Source of the DNA: Fimicolochytrium jonesii
Lineage: Eukaryota
DNA: 64,000 bases
Assembly (NCBI RefSeq): GCF_025526975.1
Contig: NW_026515676.1
Span: forward strand, 372,001-436,000
Reading direction: 5' to 3'
Both the position numbers and the translations under genes were made by a program. The first letter of the stretch is position 1. Each line of letters opens with the position of its first letter. The notes under the pieces are model-generated. The model was not told the origin of the DNA. It worked only from the letters and a program-made list of their open reading frames with translations, and ran no database searches. This document shows positions 61,884-64,000 of the stretch, in pieces.

Positions 61884-61976
61884 GGCTGTAAGGCTGTAAG
61901 GCCGAGGGTGAAGGCTGTAAGGTGAAGCCTTACAGGCTGTAAGGTGATGGCGATGGCGGTGGCGATGGCGGTGGCA
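61884..61976. repeat. Short repeat cluster between the divergent Fanzor and YqaJ genes
   Basis: GGCTGTAA at 61884, 61892, 61913, 61935; hairpin CTGTAAGG-TGAAG-CCTTACAG (61915-61935); G(A/G)TGGC hexamer array 61946-61975. Confidence 0.8.
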
Positions 61977-62072
61977 CAGTGGTAGTTGGCGTCCTCTTGT
62001 TCGCGCGTCGCCTGCGCCGGATTCCAGGAGAGCGTTTTCGCACTTCCCGGCGTATTTCACAATTCGCTGCAT

Positions 62073-64000
62073 ATGGAGATTGCAAGAGCAGGAACGGAAG
62101 ATACCTCAGTCAAACGGCCCGAAGCCTGCTGGACAGGAGTAAGCTGAGCTGCTATGGGATCGCGGATTCATATGCGTGCGGTGACCGCGGCACTGAAGTC
62201 GATTGCTTTGCCGAGACCTCGCCTAAGCAGCACAAGAAAAGCGCTCGACGATTTAGAAACCTTTCGAGCCTTGAAGCCATCCAAACAGAACAAGATTCTC
62301 CAAGCGCGCTTGGTGGAGCTCCGGAATCACGAGAGTATTGCCCAGAGAACCGACGAGTGGCACGCGGCACGTCGCACCCGGATCACAGTAAGTAGTCGCA
62401 TTGCCACCTTCGTTGGAAAGGAATGTAAGGCGCACAACGTTTGGCAGAGGACGTATGGAGTCCCCCAGCTCAATTTTTGAACCGCTCTGTACCGCTCTAG
62501 GCCTCCGAAGTCCCATCGTTTCTCTATCGGAGCGAACGCGTCGTCGATGGCTACTACGATGACTTCCAGATACCCCCAGACCACCGCTTCTATGACGAAA
62601 ACATGCACATCTCGCCTTTCAACGGTCCCGAAATCGTTTTAGATCGCAAAGTGTCTGAGGAGCGGCGGAAAAGCAACCGCGCCCAGGCTTGGGGCATCGG
62701 TTTCGAGCCTCTTGCTTCTTTGATCTATGAGAAGCTTTCGAAACGGAAGCTTGAGAGCTTCGGCCTGCTCCTGCACGACGCGTATCCATGGCTAGGCGCG
62801 TCGGTGGATGGAGTGGAGACAAAGAATGGCTTGGTAGTGGAGATCAAGTGTCCATCAAGGATGGTTAGCGAGTTCCCTGAACTAGAACCGCCAGAGTTGC
62901 ATTATTGGGTGCAGGTCCAGATTCAATTGGAGGTATTGGGGTTACCGGAAGGCTCTCTTTTCACGGTAAGCACCAGATGTTCGAACCATGCCCTTTCTTG
63001 AAATTTCGCCTGATCTCTTTGCGTCTGTTAGTGCTACTTTATGAAGTATAACGATGAAGAAGACTTTCTAACAGATCCCATTGAACGGATACGGGGGTGT
63101 ATGCTGGTTCCGGTATCCGATCGGAAAAAAGCGAGGCTGCCAACCATATACCCCCCAGCGCCGTTGATGATTCTTGATCCCGAGGCGTCAGAAGCGGAGA
63201 GGATTGCCCTGATTGAATGGGCAAATAAGGAGATCCGTGACGGAAGCCTGCCGCCCGCTGAAACCTCATCCACAGAAGAATCGGTTGAGGATGAGGTGGA
63301 GGAGGCCGCGGAATCACAGCTCATCCCCACCTACAAAACGCTGTATTGGGGATTACACACACACACGACGAAACCCATTCGGAGAAACAAAACATGGTTC
63401 GAGTCGATACTGCCCGATCTCGTGCAAACTCACGACGACCTAACGGGAAGGATTGCAGATTGGGACATGGAGACTTCGGAGAGGGAGAGTGTGGCGGGAG
63501 CGAAACCGGCGAAGAGGAAAACGGCAAAGAAGCGGATAAAGAAGAAGGCTGGGATAGAAGACGACGCTGGAGATCAGGCAGTTGGTGATACCATCAGCGA
63601 CGAAGGCGGTTCCGGGGAAACGGTGGGGAAAGCAGCTCAGAAGGCGTCTCGGAAGAAAAAAATAAGCAAGAAGAGCGATCTTGAAGAAACCGCTGGAGGA
63701 GAGAATGCTGCAGATGTTGGTGATACCATCAGCGACGACGGCGGGTCCGGGGAGACGGTGAAGAGGCCTGCTAAGAGGGGCCCTAGGAAGAAAACTATAA
63801 GCAAGACGGGCGATCTCGAAGAGATTGCCGCAGAACATGTCATCAGCGACGGTCGGCTGGCTGAAACGTCGGAGCAGCGGTCACAGGAGCCTTCTAAGAA
63901 GCGAACAATAAGCCAAAGGATCGGAGTCACCGATACCGCTAGAGAAGACATATTCAGTTTTCTCGTTCCCGCTGCCAAGTCGGAGGAATCGATACAAAAG
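62073..64000 (+). CDS. YqaJ-like viral recombinase / lambda-exonuclease (PD-(D/E)xK) protein, intron-containing, runs off the window
   Basis: QRTDEWHAARRTRIT|ASEV (intron 62388-62500), WGIGFEPLA, HDAYPWLGASVDG, VVEIKCP, YWVQVQIQLEV, then YWGL...RNKTWFESILPDL; start exon less certain. Confidence 0.88.

Noticed and set aside
61960..61985. CACTGTGCCACC (minus strand) as a TIR partner of CAAGTTGCCATC at 51882
   Set aside because: Only ~9/15 identity and no clean matching TSD; not enough to call the element's left end

Overview
This is an intron-rich eukaryotic (fungal) genomic window; an early-diverging, chytrid-like fungus is my inference from gene content. The left ~37 kb is mostly housekeeping genes: MTHFR, HAM1, VTI1, NUF2, an RBBP4/MSI1-type WD40, an M13 peptidase, IMG2/mL49, RPC31, a RhoGEF+RhoGAP-like gene, LOG, an SBF/MBF KilA-N-ankyrin factor and ESS1/PIN1. 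The right ~27 kb is accessory: F-box genes, a TM-Cache-like-TM-HAMP sensor with no output domain, a frameshifted GPI-type protein and a MITE. The main find is a 7-exon Fanzor1 (eukaryotic TnpB-like RNA-guided nuclease) gene on the minus strand, 61743->51975. It is invisible as a single ORF because six spliceosomal introns and a young 5.86-kb Ty3/Gypsy chromovirus (53742-59602) split it. Removing the introns, the retroelement and one TSD copy by hand gives an uninterrupted 766-aa frame with the RuvC D/E/D residues and zinc finger intact. A hairpin-rich candidate omegaRNA follows the stop codon, a small secreted-type ORF is nested antisense in intron 2, and an intron-containing virus-like YqaJ (lambda-exonuclease) gene sits head-to-head 330 bp upstream. 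The retrotransposon shows a self-priming PBS and a -1 frameshift heptamer with a predicted pseudoknot. All calls are from manual motif reading; no database searches were run.
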